Positions 61,794 to 64,000 of a stretch of DNA of 64,000 nt are shown one piece after another (the first letter of the stretch is position 1; each line of letters opens with the position of its first letter). The stretch is taken from positions 15,128,001-15,192,000 of the forward strand of contig OZ024751.1 in the NCBI GenBank assembly GCA_964016885.1, written 5' to 3'. A program made the translations under genes and the position numbers. The notes beneath the pieces are model-generated. The model worked only from the letters and a program-made list of their open reading frames with translations. It was not told where the DNA came from and did no database searches. The DNA comes from Eledone cirrhosa (lineage: Eukaryota).

Positions 61794-63827
61794 TTGAAAA
61801 CTGGGTTGACTGGTGGGACTGGAAAAATGAGGGAATCTTTAGAAGTATTATGGAAAACAAATAGGTACAGAAAGAGGCACAACTAGAGTATGGCAAGCAT
61901 GGCATGTGCCATGGTGTCACTTGGACTAGGAGTAATTTCTATTAAAGTCAGATAAGCTATTGTCAGGGAGTGAAAAAAGAAACTTCTTCAGATGTATGAT
62001 CTGTCTTTAATTATCATGGGTGAGAAGCAAAGACCTGCCAACCTCTAAAAACCCAAGCAGGGAATACTATGGAAAAAAGTGCCCCAAAATGGGGAGATTT
62101 TACATAATGAAAGCTATACGCATTTTCACAAGAGAAGACATCTCTCACCCACTCCAAAGTGAGTGGGAGATCTCCCTGTTAGATGGGGAGAGTTGACGGG
62201 TCTGGAAGCACTATGGTACTAGGCTCATTTAACCATTTATATAAATTATTAGGCCCATGCATGATTGGTATTTGTGAGCTGATTTTAAAGTTATCTGGAA
62301 GATGGATGTCAAATGTTTGGGCAGAGGAACAATTTCACTGCTTGCTACAAGTGCTATTTTCCCTAGTTACACCTCTGGGTACATGGATGGATGAGAAGCG
62401 AAGCTCACTTTGCAACTACATGGTTTCAAGTATGATCCCCACAGCACAGCACTCTACACAAAATTCTTTGACTATAGCATTAGGTATGTAGAGTAGACTC
62501 ACCCTACCTATGTAAGTAAGACACACCCTACAGTAATGTAAATGTTAAAGGGTTAATCTTAAGTTAGATAAATAAAAAAAAGATATATTAATTCACACTG
62601 TTTTATAGCTGTTTGAACTCTGTTTGGCTGCTTCATCATTTCTACATGTTTGATATATCCCTAATGTCACTACAGGTTGATCAAAGCCGTGTTGAGTGAT
62701 ATTTGGTAGACAGAAACTGTGTGGTAAGCCGTCAAAGGAACTGTACCTGTTCTTGTGTGGTAGATTAATCTAGTGTCAGGCTTAACATCAAAACCTTCCC
62801 CTTGTACATCTATAACAGAGTCTAATCTGTTGCATATATTCAGGCCAGTGAAGGAGGCCCTGAAAAGGATCATGGGCTCTGCCTTTATCGTCTCACTATA
62901 CCATTTAAAATAAAGAACTACCTTATCTAACGTGTCCTTTCTTTTTTTAAACAACATAGTGTGATATTATGGAGATTTGACTGTTTGTAGCAGGTCAGCG
63001 ATCATGTAGATGTTAAGTATGTCAGGGGTTAACTAACTGGACTACTGACCACAGTCAGATTTTCTATCGTTATATTGTTGTTGTTTAACCCCAGGTTATT
63101 CCTAGTCAAGTAAACAGATAATCACTGCTATTCCAATGATGACCATCCCCTCATTTATTATCTAATGTATAGTATAGTAGTGACTATAGTTCTGGTTTTC
63201 ATCCCAGGTCAGTTCTCATCAAGTAGACTAGAGATCAATACTGTTCCAGCTGTGACCATCCCATCTTTTGTTCAAACAGAATGCATTTGAAGGAGAGAGG
63301 GGGAGAATCGACTTTAGTACTGGACTGGTATTTTTTCTATTGACTTCGAAAGGATAAAAGTCAAAGCTGACCTCGACGGGATTTAAACTCAGAGCACACG
63401 AAAACGTCATTGAATCAACTTAATGATATGTATTTATTTGTTTATTCAATTTAAACGTCCGTATGGAGCTAGTAAGCCATGACAGACTAGGGGAAGTGTC
63501 GAGTACTCCTTACAGTTGGTAATCAAAAAGAGCTGTGAAACAAATAATAAAAAAACTAAAAACTAAAATAAAATAAAAATAAAATAAAATAACAAAAATA
63601 AAATTTCAAATATTGAAGATCAATGTGAGGCAGATTATGTCTAAGTAAAGGAAAAAGAAAAGAGGAAACAAGGAAGCTGTAAAACAGCTAAAAGTTTCAA
63701 TTGTTGAATCTTTTCGTAGCTTCCATGTACTCAAATATTTTGTTTATATTTGGTAGGCCTGTAATCATACATTAAACTTACAATCTTGAGTTTTTTTAAA
63801 GATTGGTTTCAGTATGTAAATTATTAG

Positions 63828-63958
63828 ACGATAATGAGTAACAGAGTTATCAGACGATAATGTATGACAGAGTTAGCAGACGATAATGTATGACAGAGTT
63901 AGCAGACGATAATGTGTAACAGAGTTATCGGACGATAATGTGTAACAGAGTTATCGGA
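63828..63958. repeat. 26-bp tandem repeat, 5 copies
   Basis: acgataatgtatgacagagttagcag. Confidence 0.88.
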
Positions 63959-64000
63959 CTTGGAGTCATTGGCAACCGATAATTAAAATAATAGTAACAA

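Noticed and set aside
62597-62660. Additional upstream LRRC49 exon
   Set aside because: Open frames and a possible acceptor exist, but the donors are weak (gtgtga/gtgaat) and there is no homology. It cannot be supported without RNA data.

Overview
Eukaryotic, AT-rich, repeat-dense genomic DNA, most likely from an octopus or other coleoid cephalopod (inferred from the SINE/RTE/microsatellite landscape). Two intron-containing genes were assembled by hand with consistent GT-AG phases: mitochondrial ATP synthase F1 alpha (ATP5F1A, + strand, 10 coding exons, 23409-31913, 551 aa) and a convergent LRRC49 orthologue (- strand, 16 coding exons, 34099-61793, about 820 aa). A possible third gene starts divergently from the ATP5F1A promoter. 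The rest consists of decayed RTE-clade LINEs, tRNA-derived SINEs, piggyBac- and Tc1/mariner-type MITEs, a 4.8-kb 48-bp satellite inside an LRRC49 intron and many minisatellites. The most notable observations are two fold-back elements carrying Penelope-type minimal hammerhead ribozyme cores, duplicated decoy splice acceptors in two consecutive LRRC49 introns, a satellite that preserves its 24-mer to 48-mer to 1424-bp history, and minisatellites derived from pieces of SINEs and LINEs. No CRISPR array, rRNA or true tRNA gene is supported. All family assignments come from recall, not from database searches.
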